63,473 nt of DNA from Bdellovibrionales bacterium (GCA_020434365.1 JAGRAX010000002.1:1-63473), one strand, 5' to 3'. Positions 27,237 through 37,277 are shown, numbered from the stretch's first letter. Numbers and translations are program-made. Notes: generated by a model not told the origin, from the letters alone.

Positions 27237-28537
27237 CTCTTGCTCCTTTGAAGAATTTTGATTTTCATTTCTCGATCTGAAGGATCTGCGCCTTGGACTT
27301 TGTATCCTAGATAACTTTGGGATGTGATTCTTTCCGGTGACAAGCCTAACATTTCTAAATGGTCTCTAACTTTTTTGGCTCTTCGAAATGCCAAGTGAAG
27401 CTCAGAAGCTCCCACATTTGGATCATTAGGTGTAAAGACTGCGATCTCAATTTTTTCTATCCATTGATTTTCCTGCAGCACGCCAAAGAGAAGTTCTAAG
27501 GTCTCTTCACAATTTTCGATCATGATGTCGCTTTCAGGAGCAAAACGTATGGGCTCACTCAAAAGAATTTCTTCATCCGAAATTTTAATCTTTCCTTGAG
27601 TTTCCTGATCAATCACATCCTCGGGACTTGCGCGGCGTTTGGGATCCAAACCATAAGAAACCATCGCAACCACTTGATGATCACCTCCAATGTAGCCGTT
27701 GACTAAGTTGCGCCCATAAGACAGAGAAAAACTCCAAGGCTGGGTCTCATCCCAACGCAGGCCCATCAGCCCATCCATCAGCACATGACTTCCAGAAAAA
27801 CGAAATCGATTCATCTGCCCATACAGCTCAGCAAACAAGGAAAGCTGATGGAAAGATGTAAAAAGATAGGCCACGGCTACATTCCACTCTAGATTTGAAC
27901 CTACAGCAAAATTTAAAAACTCTGTTTTCTTTCGGAATGTAAAACCCAGGTTTGCAGCAAAAATAAAATCCCTATATCTATAGTCCGCGATCACTTTCGG
28001 CGCCAAGCTCAAAAACTCATCCCCTCCAAAATCCACCTGCGATGTCGGCAAACTTGCGTTTGCTTGATAGGCCAAACGAAGCTTTTCCCACCTGTCCGAA
28101 AATAGCCTGCCTCGAACAAAAAGATAGAGGTCTCCCAAACCTCCAGAGCGGATATCGGTAATGTTGGCCACTGACTGTTTGGGTCCCGATTGGTCCAAAA
28201 TGATAGGCATAACAAGACCTATATTTAGACCGTACTCCCATCCAAAATTCACGCCCAGCTCAGAATACAAGCGATGTCCTAGAATTGAATCCACAAGATC
28301 ACCTTGATCTGAATAAATGGCTACAGGCCGATGCATGAAGCCCAGACCACTTTGCAATTCTATGTGTTTTTCCTCAATCATCTGCGCGCTTTCAGTCATC
28401 ACCCAGGGACCGGCTCCAGGAGCCCTCCAATGTCTGGGGAAAAGCGTAAAATCTGTGGCTTGAAGAGACGAGCAACATAGAAATGAAACAAGGACCAAAA
28501 TACGGCCAAGCCATCGATATGGAAAAAACAAATACAC
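27233..28537 (-). CDS. outer-membrane beta-barrel protein with a C-terminal OmpA-like domain
   Basis: 434 aa with a signal peptide. Alternating aromatic and hydrophobic beta-strand patterns run through ~aa 300. The C-terminus (IRFAPESDIMIEN...IEIAVFTPNDPNVGASELHLAFRRAKKVRDHLEMLGLSPERI) resembles an OmpA_C/peptidoglycan-associated domain. Its stop overlaps the start of the TSP3 gene (ATGA). Confidence 0.65.
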   Translation of the reverse strand: MYLFFPYRWLGRILVLVSFLCCSSLQATDFTLFPRHWRAPGAGPWVMTESAQMIEEKHIELQSGLGFMHRPVAIYSDQGDLVDSILGHRLYSELGVNFGWEYGLNIGLVMPIILDQSGPKQSVANITDIRSGGLGDLYLFVRGRLFSDRWEKLRLAYQANASLPTSQVDFGGDEFLSLAPKVIADYRYRDFIFAANLGFTFRKKTEFLNFAVGSNLEWNVAVAYLFTSFHQLSLFAELYGQMNRFRFSGSHVLMDGLMGLRWDETQPWSFSLSYGRNLVNGYIGGDHQVVAMVSYGLDPKRRASPEDVIDQETQGKIKISDEEILLSEPIRFAPESDIMIENCEETLELLFGVLQENQWIEKIEIAVFTPNDPNVGASELHLAFRRAKKVRDHLEMLGLSPERITSQSYLGYKVQGADPSDREMKIKILQRSKR

Positions 28538-28749
28538 GATATTGCCACCACAATCTTGTAGTTAGTCCCGACAGCAACGACCAGCGCTCCGATCCAAGAT
28601 GGATCCAGGGAAAGTCCATAGTGAGCGAAAAAATAGATTACGCCAAGTTCTCATTATAACTTTTTTTAAAAAAATGATAAACTCAAAGCGTAGTAAATTG
28701 ATATCATAAGCTTTTTATTCCATGCATTACACTCTATGATCGAAATCTC

Positions 28750-30543
28750 ATGAAATCCAAAACACATCAATTTGGAAAATACTTTTTAGAAAGGCGCATT
28801 GCAGTAGGAGGAATGGCTGAGGTCTTCAAAGCCACCTTCTCTCCAGCCGAGGGCATTGAAAAAGATGTCGCCCTAAAAATCATTTTGCCCGACCTCAATG
28901 AGGAAGAAGAATATCGCAATCTCTTTGTGGAAGAAGCCAAAATCTCTGTAAAGTTCAATCATCCCAACATTGTCCAGGTCTATGATTTTGGCGAAATCAG
29001 CCAAAGATATTTTTTCGCAATGGAATACATCCAGGGTCTCAACGCGAAAAGTTTGATCAAAAAATCATACCGCGAACAAAGTGTGATCCCCATTGAAATT
29101 GCCTGTGAAATTGTAAGGCAAATTCTTTTTGCGCTCGACTACGCCCATAACCTCACGATCAATCAAACTCATCAAGATGTCATCCATAGAGATGTGAGTC
29201 CGCAAAATATTTTGATCTCTTTTGATGGAATCGCGAAACTCACGGACTTTGGAATCGCCAAAACTTCTTTGAGAAGTTCAAAAACCAAAACAGGTGTCGT
29301 CCGAGGAAAAATCAAATACATGTCCCCGGAACAAGCCTATGGCAAGGAAGTCGATCAGCGTACCGATCAATACGCACTTGGAATTGTTTTTTATGAACTT
29401 CTGGTAGGAATGAACACCGGCGACTCAGAAATGATCGGCCCAGACCTAGCACCTGTAACCGCCTATCGAAAAGAAGTTCCCGGAGCCATCGAAAAAATCA
29501 TCAAAAAAATGACTTCTTCTAAGAAAGAAGACCGCTTTTCTAACTGCAAAGAAATCATCCGTGAAATCGATACCATTTTACAACCCTTTCCAAGCAACAA
29601 TTTACGTAAGCGTCTGGGACAATGGGTACAAGGCGTAGAAACCAAATATCCTAGCGCAAACGAAGACTTATTGATTGAGCCTTCTTCCCAATGGAAAACA
29701 GTCAACAGAAGCTATGTCAAACGAGCCATTCGCCCCGGTATAAGTTTGGTATTTTTTCTTGTCGTCGCCTTTGTATTTTTCCCCAAATACCAAGAATGGA
29801 TGAAGCAAGATGCCGCTGCAGAATCTGTACGCATTGAAACCCAAAAAGAAGTCTCTGACACTCCCCCAAACACAAAAAATTCCAAACAAGTGGCAGATAT
29901 ATCACCCGCAAAACCCACAAGTGAAAAAGCAGCATCCAAAATTCCCATCGTTAAAACTCAAGCGCGTTGCCCCAGAGGCATGATCAAAATCACTGGAGGA
30001 TCTTTTCTCTATGGCTCTGAGGAGAAGGACCCAGATCGCAACGCATATACAGAAACTTTGCTTCACGACGAAACCCTTAACAGTTTTTGTATTGACCAGT
30101 ACGAATATCCCAATCAAAAGGGTCAATTTCCCATTACGGGAACGCCGTGGGAGCAGGCCTCTCAAATGTGTGGCCATCAAAACAAGCGCCTATGCAGCGA
30201 AGCGGAGTGGGAACGAGCGTGCAAAGGTCCCGATCAAAGCAATCGAAATTTTAGTTATGGAAGCACCTTTATCGCAGAGTCTTGTAACGTTGGAAATCAA
30301 GAACCCAACTCTCTACCTTCAGGATCTTTAGATTCCTGCGTTACCGATGAAAAAGTATATGATCTAACTGGAAACGTCGAAGAATGGGTTTCAAGTTCTG
30401 GGCGTTTTCGAAAAGACTTCAAGCTCACCAAAGGAGGCGCCAGTCATATTTCTTCATGGGCAGGAAGATGCGCCTCAAATCAAGAAAGTCCTCTCGATAA
30501 AAAAAGTCCATGGATCGGATTTCGATGTTGCAAGAGCCTATAA
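28750..30543 (+). CDS. Ser/Thr protein kinase fused to an extracytoplasmic FGE-sulfatase (SUMF1-like) domain
   Basis: 597 aa. The kinase region has GGMAEVFKA, ALKI, HRDVSPQNILI, DFGIAK and YMSPEQ. A TM segment (ISLVFFLVVAFVFF) follows. The C-terminal domain has GGSFLYGS...RLCSEAEWERACKG...GNVEEWV...KGGAS...GFRCC, the FGE-sulfatase pattern. Confidence 0.85.
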   Translation: MKSKTHQFGKYFLERRIAVGGMAEVFKATFSPAEGIEKDVALKIILPDLNEEEEYRNLFVEEAKISVKFNHPNIVQVYDFGEISQRYFFAMEYIQGLNAKSLIKKSYREQSVIPIEIACEIVRQILFALDYAHNLTINQTHQDVIHRDVSPQNILISFDGIAKLTDFGIAKTSLRSSKTKTGVVRGKIKYMSPEQAYGKEVDQRTDQYALGIVFYELLVGMNTGDSEMIGPDLAPVTAYRKEVPGAIEKIIKKMTSSKKEDRFSNCKEIIREIDTILQPFPSNNLRKRLGQWVQGVETKYPSANEDLLIEPSSQWKTVNRSYVKRAIRPGISLVFFLVVAFVFFPKYQEWMKQDAAAESVRIETQKEVSDTPPNTKNSKQVADISPAKPTSEKAASKIPIVKTQARCPRGMIKITGGSFLYGSEEKDPDRNAYTETLLHDETLNSFCIDQYEYPNQKGQFPITGTPWEQASQMCGHQNKRLCSEAEWERACKGPDQSNRNFSYGSTFIAESCNVGNQEPNSLPSGSLDSCVTDEKVYDLTGNVEEWVSSSGRFRKDFKLTKGGASHISSWAGRCASNQESPLDKKSPWIGFRCCKSL

Positions 30544-32303
30544 ACCAAACCTTTAAAAAAGAGCTTCGCGTCCTCGCTCTGGGCTTTTCTAGCTTTGATC
30601 ATGGTTTCATTCAAAAATCTCTTGGACTGTCTCAGCATTATCTTTGCAAAATTCGATACGAAAAAGACTATCAAGAAGTCTTGTCCATCATCAACGGAGA
30701 CGAAGTCGGTCTTTTGATTTGGAAAGTATCAAAGAGTCAAGGCGAGCAAGAATTGGAACTGATGAAACAATTCCAACAATACTGCCCCATCCTCGCATTC
30801 TGTGATCGAAAAAATGAAAATCTCATTATAAATGCCATGCAACATCAAGTCTTGGATGGATATTACGTCAAGCAAACCAAGTCGCCTCTCTCTTTTCTCA
30901 AAGCATTTTGTGAAAGTTTAGAAAAAAGAAGAATTTCTCATCAGATCAAACTCATACGAAAACTCATCAAAACCGAAGAAAGTTTCAGACGTGTGATTTC
31001 AGAAAGCTCTGATGGGATCGTCATTGTAGATCCACTTAACCAAGTTCTTTTTATCAATCCCAAAGCCGAAGATCTTTTTCAGCTCAACACTTTACAAATT
31101 CTCAACATGCCTTTCCCAGAAGACCTAAGAAAAGAAAAAGTCTGGATCAAAGAATTGGAACACTCCATGGACAAGTCACTCTATGTCCAGTTTCAAACTG
31201 TTCCGATCAGTTGGGATGGCCAAGATTGTTTTCTGTGCACCATTCGAGATATCAGCTCTCGAATTTTGCTCGAGAAAAAGAAGGATGACTTTTTTAGTGT
31301 AATTTCACATGAAATTCGCACTCCCATTACCGTTATCAAAGAAGGACTACACCAAGTCATTGATGGCTTACACGGAGAAATCAATGACAAACAAAAAATG
31401 TTTTTGGATCTAGCACTTGATTCAACAAACGAACTCAACACACTCATTACGAATCTTCTAGATCTCTCAAAATTAGAAGTTCAAAAGACCACGCTGGACT
31501 GGGATCCATGCAAGCTTTCAGCAACCGTGAACAAAGTCGTACAAAAATTTCGCATCCCTGGAGAAAAAAAAGGCCTCAGAGTCGATGCGGTTTTACCCGA
31601 AACTGATCCCGAAATTTTTCTAGACGCAGGAAAAATCACACAGGTTCTTACAAACCTAATGTCCAATGCCTTAAAATTTACGGAGCAAGGGAGCATAGAA
31701 TTGCACCTCATCGACAAGCCTCACGAAATTGAAATCTCAGTACAAGATTCAGGTGTAGGCATTCCACAAAAAGACATTCAGCGTGTCTTTGATCGATTTG
31801 AACAAGTCGGACGCGACTCCAACAGTGGAACCCAAGGGACAGGTTTGGGTTTGGCCATATGCAAAGGCATCGTGGAGCTTCATGGGGGAAAAATATGGGC
31901 GCAGCAGGGCCAAGAGGTGGGCACAGAATTTCACTTCACCCTTCCAAAAAAAGAATTTCAAGATATCTGTCGGGATTATGTAGAAGAATACATTGAAAAA
32001 ATAGAAGAAGGTCAACTCTTTTGGACCATGCTTCTAGAAAGCTCAGAAACTGAAAAAAGCAAAACAAATCAATGGTTTAAACTCATTCAACATACCCTTC
32101 GCTCAAATTCTGATTTCTATTTGAAAAATAATGAGAAAATCTTTATCATATTGTTTGACGTTAAATCTCTGACCCCAGAGGCATTCAAGGAGCGTCTGTC
32201 GTCCATTGAAGCTCAGGTTCAGATTAGCGTTTCGCACAAGTTGGCTCGGTTTCCCGAAGATGGGAAAACTTCTCACGCTCTGCTCCAAAAAATAAACCTT
32301 TAA
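30510..32303 (+). CDS. sensor histidine kinase (pseudo-receiver, PAS, HisKA, HATPase_c and a C-terminal extension)
   Basis: 597 aa. H-box FFSVISHEIRTPITVI, N-box LTNLMSNALKFT, G-boxes DSGVGIP and GTGLGLAICKGIVELHGGKIWA. A PAS-like region (FRRVISESSDGIVIVD) is present. The start (ATG 30510 or 30525) overlaps the 3' end of the kinase-FGE gene. Confidence 0.85.
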   Translation: MDRISMLQEPINQTFKKELRVLALGFSSFDHGFIQKSLGLSQHYLCKIRYEKDYQEVLSIINGDEVGLLIWKVSKSQGEQELELMKQFQQYCPILAFCDRKNENLIINAMQHQVLDGYYVKQTKSPLSFLKAFCESLEKRRISHQIKLIRKLIKTEESFRRVISESSDGIVIVDPLNQVLFINPKAEDLFQLNTLQILNMPFPEDLRKEKVWIKELEHSMDKSLYVQFQTVPISWDGQDCFLCTIRDISSRILLEKKKDDFFSVISHEIRTPITVIKEGLHQVIDGLHGEINDKQKMFLDLALDSTNELNTLITNLLDLSKLEVQKTTLDWDPCKLSATVNKVVQKFRIPGEKKGLRVDAVLPETDPEIFLDAGKITQVLTNLMSNALKFTEQGSIELHLIDKPHEIEISVQDSGVGIPQKDIQRVFDRFEQVGRDSNSGTQGTGLGLAICKGIVELHGGKIWAQQGQEVGTEFHFTLPKKEFQDICRDYVEEYIEKIEEGQLFWTMLLESSETEKSKTNQWFKLIQHTLRSNSDFYLKNNEKIFIILFDVKSLTPEAFKERLSSIEAQVQISVSHKLARFPEDGKTSHALLQKINL

Positions 32304-32359
32304 CCCCCTTTCGCTGCGTATGGATCATCATGCGACGGCGATGAATCAAGGAAACCCTC

Positions 32360-32734
32360 ATGAAAAAAAAGATCTTAATTGTGGATGATGAAGAACGGAT
32401 TGTGGTCATTCTCCAAGCCAGATTGGAGTCTAAGGGCTACACGACACTTAAAGCGGGAAACGGCCACGAAGCTTTGGAGCTGATCCAAAAAGAAAAACCG
32501 GATTTGATCTTGTTGGACGTGCGCATGCCCAAAATGGACGGATATACCTTTCTCAACAGTCTCAAGCAGATCCCAAATGCTGACGATATTCCCATCATAG
32601 TATGTACGGCCCAAGGAAAAGTGGAAGATCTATTTGTTCAAAGGGATGTCGTCGACTTTGTCACCAAGCCCTTTGATACCCAGTCTCTGCTTGAAAAAAT
32701 CAAAAACACCATCGGCGAAGCGCCTTTGGTATAG
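32360..32734 (+). CDS. single-domain response regulator (CheY-like receiver)
   Basis: 124 aa. KILIVDDEE, the phospho-acceptor context DLILLDVRMPKMDG, CTAQG, and the conserved Lys in VTKPF. Confidence 0.9.
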   Translation: MKKKILIVDDEERIVVILQARLESKGYTTLKAGNGHEALELIQKEKPDLILLDVRMPKMDGYTFLNSLKQIPNADDIPIIVCTAQGKVEDLFVQRDVVDFVTKPFDTQSLLEKIKNTIGEAPLV

Positions 32735-32776
32735 GATATGCGTATGGGATAAAAAATTGTCCCAAAGAAAAAAACC

Positions 32777-33919
32777 CTAAGATGCCAGAACCTGCCCAGC
32801 AATGACTTCTCTTTGGATTTCGCTCGTACCCTCTCCGATTTGGCAGAGTTTAACGTCTCGATAAAAGCGCTCAACGGGATATTCTTTTACGTAGCCGTAG
32901 CCCCCATGAATTTGAATGGCCTGATTGCATGCCCTCCAAGCTGCCTCTGATGCATAGAGTTTCGCCATGGAGCTTTCGGCTTTTGCATACATACCCTGAT
33001 CGTGCATCCAAGCTGCGCGGTACACGAGCATTCTCGCAGCTTCCAGCTCGGTCACACTATCTGCAATTTTCCATTGAATGGCTTGAAGCGCGGAGATGGG
33101 TTTTCCAAAGGCTTTTCTTTCTAAAGCATATTTCATGGCTTCATCTATCGCTGCCTGCCCCAAACCCAAAGCCAAGGCGCCAATCACCACTCGGCCTTTA
33201 TCTAGAATTTTTAGAGCGTCCGTAAATCCCTGACCGGGTTCCCCCAACACATTCTCTTCAGGAATTTCCAAATTTTCAAACGTAATCGATGTGGTATCAC
33301 TGGCTCTCATGCCCATCTTGTTTTCTTTTTTGCCCACGACCAAACCTGGCCAGCCTTTTTCGGCCACAAATGCTGTAATGCCTTTGTTGCCTTTGGAAGG
33401 ATCGGTTTTGGCCATGATCACATACACATCTCCAAAAGTACCATGCGTAATAAAATTTTTGCTCCCGTTGATAACCCACGAGCTTCCTTTTTTCTCAGCT
33501 ATTGTAGACATGGATCCAGCATCGGAGCCCGAGCCTGGCTCGGTCAAACACCAAGCAGCCAAACGTTCTCCACTGGCAAGAGAAGGCAGATATTTATTTT
33601 TGATTTCTTCACTCCCTGAGAGCAAGATATGTCCAGAGCCCAGTCCATTATGCGCTTGCACAGAAAGCGCCATGGAACCATCTACTTTGGCAATTTCTTC
33701 GACCGCAATAGCATAACTGGTTACATCCATGCCCGCTCCGCCGTAGCTTTCCGGAAGCATGATGCCCATCAGCCCCAACTCGCCGCATTTTCGGCAAAGC
33801 TCCAAGGGAAATTCCATCGATTCATCTCTCTCCATAGCTCCTGGCGCGACTTCGTTTTGGGCAAAGTCTCGAACCATTTCTCTGAGCATGTTTTGATCTT
33901 CGCTATGCTCTATCTTCAT
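32777..33919 (-). CDS. acyl-CoA dehydrogenase
   Basis: 380 aa. [14 protein letters not shown], and the C-terminal [15 protein letters not shown] that carries the catalytic Glu region. Confidence 0.9.
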   Translation of the reverse strand: MKIEHSEDQNMLREMVRDFAQNEVAPGAMERDESMEFPLELCRKCGELGLMGIMLPESYGGAGMDVTSYAIAVEEIAKVDGSMALSVQAHNGLGSGHILLSGSEEIKNKYLPSLASGERLAAWCLTEPGSGSDAGSMSTIAEKKGSSWVINGSKNFITHGTFGDVYVIMAKTDPSKGNKGITAFVAEKGWPGLVVGKKENKMGMRASDTTSITFENLEIPEENVLGEPGQGFTDALKILDKGRVVIGALALGLGQAAIDEAMKYALERKAFGKPISALQAIQWKIADSVTELEAARMLVYRAAWMHDQGMYAKAESSMAKLYASEAAWRACNQAIQIHGGYGYVKEYPVERFYRDVKLCQIGEGTSEIQREVIAGQVLAS

Positions 33920-33922
33920 TGC

Positions 33923-34339
33923 TTATCCTGCTTCCTTGGTTGAACGGATGTTTTCACGCACCCATGATGTAATCTCTTTGAGCGTTGCGCCCGGTGTGAA
34001 AATTTTGGCTACGCCTTCTTTTTCTAGTTTTGGAATGTCCTCATCGGGAATGATCCCCCCTCCAAAAACCTGAATGTCCTGCGCCCCTTTTTCTTTAAGG
34101 AGTTTGATCACTTCCGGAAACAAATACATATGCGCCCCCGACAGAACCGACAGACTGACCGCATCTACGTCTTCGTCCACAGCTGCGCTCACGATCATTT
34201 TGGGCGTTTGATGAAGGCCCGTATAGACCACCTCAAAACCAGCATCGCGAAGCGCTCGAGCGACCACCTTGGCTCCCCGATCGTGACCATCCAGACCAGG
34301 CTTGGCCACCAAAATTCTCAATGTTTTTTCACTTGCCAT
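33923..34339 (-). CDS. icmB: B12-binding small subunit of a split acyl-CoA mutase (isobutyryl-CoA mutase-type, by partner)
   Basis: 138 aa. [34 protein letters not shown] contains the DxHxxG base-off/His-on cobalamin motif. It lies immediately downstream of the catalytic subunit. Confidence 0.75.
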   Translation of the reverse strand: MASEKTLRILVAKPGLDGHDRGAKVVARALRDAGFEVVYTGLHQTPKMIVSAAVDEDVDAVSLSVLSGAHMYLFPEVIKLLKEKGAQDIQVFGGGIIPDEDIPKLEKEGVAKIFTPGATLKEITSWVRENIRSTKEAG

Positions 34340-34348
34340 ACTGCGCTC

Positions 34349-36019
34349 CTATAACCATTTTGGATCCACATATTCACCAAAAGCATCTCGAAACACATCA
34401 CAGATCTCCCCCAAAGAAGCATAAGACTCTACGGCCTCCAAAATATAGGGCATGAGATTGTCCGGTCCTCGCGCAGCTTGCTCGAGCTTTTGCAGACTCT
34501 TTTGCACTTTGCCAGCGTCTCTCTTTGCTTTTGCTCGACGCACATTTTCGATCTGAATTTTTTCAACCTCTTCATCAACCGTCAATGTCTCGATTGGAGT
34601 CTCGTTTTCTTCAATATATTCATTGATGCCCACGATGATTTTTTCTCGGGTCTCCAGCTGCTTTTGATAGAGATAGGCAGCATTTCCGATTTCTTTTTGA
34701 GGATAGCCTTTTTCAATGGCCTCAATGATGCCTCCCATCTGATCGATGTTTTCAATATACGTCAAAGCCTGCGCTTCCATCTCATCAGTCAGAGACTCCA
34801 CAAAATAGCTTCCCCCAAAAGGATCTGCAGTCGCCGCCACACCTGATTCCTGCGCAATGATCTGCTGCGTGCGAAGCGCAATGCGAACCGTCTCCTCAGT
34901 GGGCAAGGCCAGGGTCTCATCCAGAGAATTGGTATGCAAAGACTGCGTCCCCCCAAGTACAGCCGCCAAGGCTTGCACTGCAGTCCTCACAACATTGTTG
35001 TAGGGCTGCTGCGCCGTGAGCGAACATCCGGCCGTCTGCGTATGAAAACGACACATCATGCTCTTGGGGTTTTTTGCGCCAAAACGCTCTTTCATAATGC
35101 GGGCCCAAATTCTTCGGGCGGCGCGATACTTGGCAATCTCTTCAAAAAAATCATTGTGCGCATTAAAGAAAAAAGACAAGCGCGGCGCAAAGTCATCGAC
35201 ATCCATTCCCGCCTCAATCCCCGCCTCCACATAGCCAATTCCATCAGCCAAAGTAAAGGCCAGCTCCTGCACAGCCGTCGAACCTGCCTCTCGAATGTGA
35301 TAGCCGGAAATCGAGATGGTATTCCACCTGGGTACATGATCTTTGGCAAAAGACATCATATCTGTAATGAGCCTCATGGAGGGTTTGGGCGGATAAATCC
35401 ATGATTTTTGGGCAATGTACTCTTTTAATATGTCGTTCTGTGTGGTTCCACCGATTCGGTCCCAAGACACGCCCTGCTTTTTGGCCACTGCCAAATACAT
35501 CGAAAACAAAATCGTCGCTGGCGCGTTGATGGTCATCGAAGTCGTGACTTGATCCAAGGGAATGCCTTGAAAGAGCGTTTCCATATCCTCGAGCGTATCG
35601 ATCGAAACCCCTGTTTTTCCCACTTCACCCCGGGAGCGATCATGATCCGAATCGTAGCCCATAATCGTCGGCATATGAAAAGCTACCGACAAACCCGTTT
35701 GACCCTGACTGAGAAGGTAATGATAGCGAGCATTTGAGTCTTTGGCCGTCCCAAAGCCCGCAAACTGTCTCATGGTCCAGAGCTTTCCCCGATACATCGT
35801 GGGATGAATCCCTCGCGTATAGGGATACTCTCCGGGGTTTCCCAAATCTCTCTCATAATCGAGGCCAGAAACATCTAAAGGTGTATAAAGCCGGCGAATC
35901 TCATGATTGGAAATCGTGGAAAAATGCTCCTGCCTCTCAGGTCTTTTCTCTAGGGTGGGTTTGAGCGTCTCTTCTTCCCACTGCGCAAGCTGACGCTCTA
36001 GATCTTTCACATCCGCCAT
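34349..36019 (-). CDS. icmA: acyl-CoA mutase large (catalytic) subunit, probably isobutyryl-CoA mutase
   Basis: 556 aa. The TIM-barrel mutase motifs are [65 protein letters not shown] and [20 protein letters not shown]. The positions matching Tyr89 and Arg207 of Propionibacterium methylmalonyl-CoA mutase (RQYAGF and FMVRNTY) are Phe (RQFAGF) and Gln (YIAQKSW) here. Confidence 0.7.
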   Translation of the reverse strand: MADVKDLERQLAQWEEETLKPTLEKRPERQEHFSTISNHEIRRLYTPLDVSGLDYERDLGNPGEYPYTRGIHPTMYRGKLWTMRQFAGFGTAKDSNARYHYLLSQGQTGLSVAFHMPTIMGYDSDHDRSRGEVGKTGVSIDTLEDMETLFQGIPLDQVTTSMTINAPATILFSMYLAVAKKQGVSWDRIGGTTQNDILKEYIAQKSWIYPPKPSMRLITDMMSFAKDHVPRWNTISISGYHIREAGSTAVQELAFTLADGIGYVEAGIEAGMDVDDFAPRLSFFFNAHNDFFEEIAKYRAARRIWARIMKERFGAKNPKSMMCRFHTQTAGCSLTAQQPYNNVVRTAVQALAAVLGGTQSLHTNSLDETLALPTEETVRIALRTQQIIAQESGVAATADPFGGSYFVESLTDEMEAQALTYIENIDQMGGIIEAIEKGYPQKEIGNAAYLYQKQLETREKIIVGINEYIEENETPIETLTVDEEVEKIQIENVRRAKAKRDAGKVQKSLQKLEQAARGPDNLMPYILEAVESYASLGEICDVFRDAFGEYVDPKWL

Positions 36020-36022
36020 GGC

Positions 36023-37174
36023 CTATCCCTGGATTTCTTTAAGGCTTTGGCTCGCAATCACAAGGCGCTGAATCTCGCTGGTCCCCTCGTAGATTTCACA
36101 AATTCGGGCATCGCGAACAAAGCGCTCAACATCATATTCTTTGGTATAGCCGTAGCCTCCATGAATTTGCAGAGCAGTATTGGTCACAAAAGAGGCTGTC
36201 TCAGATGCAAACAGTTTGGCAATGGCAGAGTATTTTGTAAAACGTCCGCCCAAGGATTTTTTGTAGGCAGCTTGGTAAATCAAGAGGCGAGAGGCCTCAA
36301 TCCGACTGGCCATGTCCGCAATCATCCAACGAATGCCTTGGAACTCTGCAAGGCTTTGATCAAACTGCTTTCTCTCTTTGGCATAGGACAGCGCCGATTC
36401 ATAGGCAGCCTGCGCGATTCCCAAGGCCTGCGCCGCAATTCCAATACGGCCATTGTCTAAGGTAGCCATCGCCACCTTAAAACCAAAACCTTCTTCCCGA
36501 AGCCGCTGAGACTCCGGAACTTTCACATCTGTAAAACTAATGGTGCAGGTACTGGAGGCGCGAATGCCGAGCTTGTTTTCCTTGGCTCCGATCTCAACGC
36601 CTTCGGATTTGGCATCTAGGACAAAAGCTGTAATGCCTCGATTGCCTTGGGTGGGATCTGTCATCGCAAACAAAATCAGCGTATCGGCGTCTGGACCATT
36701 GGTGATCCAGTTTTTGGCGCCGTTGATGACATAGTGATCACCTTCTTTTTTGGCGCTGGTCTTCATCGTCGCTGCATCAGAACCTGACATCGGCTCGGTG
36801 AGGCAATAGGCTCCCAGGGTTTCACCTTTGGCCATGGAAATTAGAAATTTTTGTTTTTGCTCCTCGGTTCCGAAATTCTTGAGAACCTCACAGGCCAAAG
36901 AGTTGTTGACCGACATCGTTACCGCCGTCGAGGCGCAGACCCGGGAGATCTCCTCCATGATCACCACATAGGCAACAGGATCGAGCTCACTCCCACCATA
37001 ACTTTCAGGGATTGAAATCCCCATAAAACCCAGCTCCCCGAGCTTTTTGACAGCTTCCTGAGGAAAGGTTCCGCTTAAATCGATCTGCCGCGCAATCGGG
37101 CGAAGTTCTTTTTCTGCAAAGTCACGAGCCAAAGTTTGAAGAGAACGGTGTTCATCTGTAAGAGCAAAATCCAT
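36023..37174 (-). CDS. acyl-CoA dehydrogenase (short/branched-chain type)
   Basis: 383 aa. CLTEPMSGSDAATMKT, and the C-terminal [17 protein letters not shown]. Confidence 0.9.
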   Translation of the reverse strand: MDFALTDEHRSLQTLARDFAEKELRPIARQIDLSGTFPQEAVKKLGELGFMGISIPESYGGSELDPVAYVVIMEEISRVCASTAVTMSVNNSLACEVLKNFGTEEQKQKFLISMAKGETLGAYCLTEPMSGSDAATMKTSAKKEGDHYVINGAKNWITNGPDADTLILFAMTDPTQGNRGITAFVLDAKSEGVEIGAKENKLGIRASSTCTISFTDVKVPESQRLREEGFGFKVAMATLDNGRIGIAAQALGIAQAAYESALSYAKERKQFDQSLAEFQGIRWMIADMASRIEASRLLIYQAAYKKSLGGRFTKYSAIAKLFASETASFVTNTALQIHGGYGYTKEYDVERFVRDARICEIYEGTSEIQRLVIASQSLKEIQG

Positions 37175-37277
37175 AGGCCGCCGAGTTTTTCACAAAAGCC
37201 CCCAGGACTCAAGAAACTAATCATACGCGATGTGTTAAGAAGCCCTCCGCCATGATACTTAAAGTGTTCTTACAAAC

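Noticed and set aside
34349-36019. Default annotation of the large mutase subunit as methylmalonyl-CoA mutase.
   Set aside because: The positions aligned with the carboxylate-binding Tyr89 and Arg207 of MCM read Phe (RQFAGF) and Gln (IAQKSW). Isobutyryl-CoA-mutase-type specificity is therefore more likely. A curated alignment is still needed to confirm this.
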